This document shows, piece by piece, positions 1 through 486 of a stretch of 486 nucleotides of DNA (the first letter of the stretch is position 1; the number at the start of each line of letters is the position of its first letter). The position numbers and the translations under genes were made by a program. The notes beneath the pieces are model-generated. The model searched no databases. It was not told the origin of the DNA and saw nothing but the letters and a program-made list of their open reading frames with translations. Source of the stretch: Escherichia coli (GTDB lineage Bacteria; Pseudomonadota; Gammaproteobacteria; Enterobacterales; Enterobacteriaceae); NCBI RefSeq assembly GCF_003334255.1, contig NZ_QOWU01000232.1, one strand, 5' to 3'.

Positions 1-486
1 GAAGCTGCGCAGCGTTTCCCGGTGCAGGCGGTCGCGGGTGTACTCCACCAGCGGTGTGTCGCCGAGTTTCATGCCTGACAGCCAGCCGCTGCCGTAGGTC
101 AGCCATTCCACGGCGGGCAGGCTGTCCGGTATACAGCGGTTCGCCAGTCCCTGTGCGTTGTACGCATGTCTGGTCTCATGCTGCCAGAGCAGTTCATTCG
201 TCTGCGGATGATGCACCGTCAGGTGTTCACTGGCGAGGCGGCCTTTACTGTCATAACCATAGTGCACCGTCACCCGGTGCCCTTCGCTGATATGGCTGAT
301 GTCTGTCAGCCAGCCGCGTTCGTCATACTGCCACCGCTCTGCGGTTTCGCCATTCACGGTGCGGTGCGTGAGGCGGTCTGCTTCGTCATAGTGCCAGTGG
401 GTGACCAGCCCCTCATCCTCGCTGCGGATAAGTTTGCCGGTCAGGTCGTGGTGATAACGCTGTGTGCGGCCGTCAAAGCCGGTTTC
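1..486 (-). CDS. Rhs-family YD-repeat protein, internal core fragment (partial at both 5' and 3' ends; 162 codons, frame set by position 486)
   Basis: Minus-strand frame beginning at position 486 is open across the entire window, with no stop codon and no start required. The translation contains recurring YD-repeat motifs: RYHHDLTGKLI, HWHYDEADRLT, WQYDERGWLT, HYGYDSKGRLA, YNAQGLA, YGSGWLSG, YTRDRL. These match the Rhs/YD consensus (G-x3-R-Y-x-Y-D-x2-G-R-L) at roughly 21-24 residue spacing. I recognise this from memory as resembling the enterobacterial (E. coli-type) Rhs core; no database search was run, and the specific paralogue cannot be assigned from 162 residues. Confidence 0.9.
25..471 (-). 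repeat. Array of about seven tandem degenerate YD (Rhs) repeat units, defined at protein level within the Rhs core CDS
   Basis: Repeat units in plus-strand coordinates (encoded on minus strand): 427-471 GRTQRYHHDLTGKLI; 367-411 GLVTHWHYDEADRLT; 304-351 GETAERWQYDERGWLT; 232-282 GHRVTVHYGYDSKGRLA; 142-186 WQHETRHAYNAQGLA (degenerate); 64-111 VEWLTYGSGWLSGMKL (degenerate); 25-63 GDTPLVEYTRDRL. Spacing between the Y-D anchor positions is 22, 21, 24 and 31 residues for the first five units. Confidence 0.8.

Noticed and set aside
130-135. tataca hexamer resembling a sigma-70 -10 element
   Set aside because: It is isolated inside a continuous coding frame, with no matching -35 element at appropriate spacing and no downstream start codon. 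Chance occurrence is expected.
54-290. Plus-strand 78-aa ORF from the six-frame track (GTG start, MCRRVSCLTASRCRR...)
   Set aside because: It is antisense to, and fully contained within, the minus-strand frame that is open across the whole window and encodes recognisable YD repeats. Its Cys/Arg/Ser/Ala-rich, low-complexity translation is typical of a shadow ORF in GC-rich coding DNA. It has no convincing ribosome-binding site and relies on a GTG start.
79-396. Direct repeats considered as possible CRISPR, IS or other mobile-element repeats
   Set aside because: The repeats are short (11-15 bp), imperfect, and map onto conserved motifs of the encoded YD units. There is no regular repeat-spacer architecture, no terminal inverted repeats, and no transposase-like coding. 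They are a by-product of the protein repeats.
1-486. Possibility that the fragment belongs to a non-Rhs YD-repeat protein (for example a Tc-toxin TcB/TcC shell or a WapA-like wall-associated protein)
   Set aside because: Not fully excluded from 162 residues, but the motif pattern (RYxYD...GRL, YDE.GWL) and the about 61.5% GC composition fit the enterobacterial Rhs core better. The call is kept at family level (Rhs/YD-repeat) and no specific gene symbol is assigned.
1-486. A novel or undescribed system within the window
   Set aside because: All 486 bp are accounted for by a single conserved-core coding frame of a well-known family. No additional ORFs, RNAs or regulatory architecture are visible, so any novelty would have to reside in flanking sequence not provided.

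Overview
The whole 486-bp window is an internal fragment of one gene on the minus strand: the YD-repeat core of an Rhs-family protein (polymorphic toxin / Tc-toxin-like shell). The minus-strand frame starting at position 486 is open for all 162 codons and has no start or stop codon in the window, so the gene is truncated at both ends. Its translation (ETGFDGRTQRYHHDLTGKLIRSEDEGLVTHWHYDEADRLTHRTVNGETAERWQYDERGWLTDISHISEGHRVTVHYGYDSKGRLASEHLTVHHPQTNELLWQHETRHAYNAQGLANRCIPDSLPAVEWLTYGSGWLSGMKLGDTPLVEYTRDRLHRETLRSF) carries about seven tandem, degenerate YD repeats. By hand count the window is about 61.5% G+C (299/486), which fits the GC-rich core known from enterobacterial Rhs elements. The supplied plus-strand ORF (54..290) is an antisense shadow ORF and is rejected. 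I see no RNA gene, CRISPR array, mobile-element end, promoter or terminator. Nothing in this window supports a new biological system. The variable part of an Rhs locus (C-terminal toxin domain and immunity gene) would lie outside the window, beyond position 1 on the plus strand.
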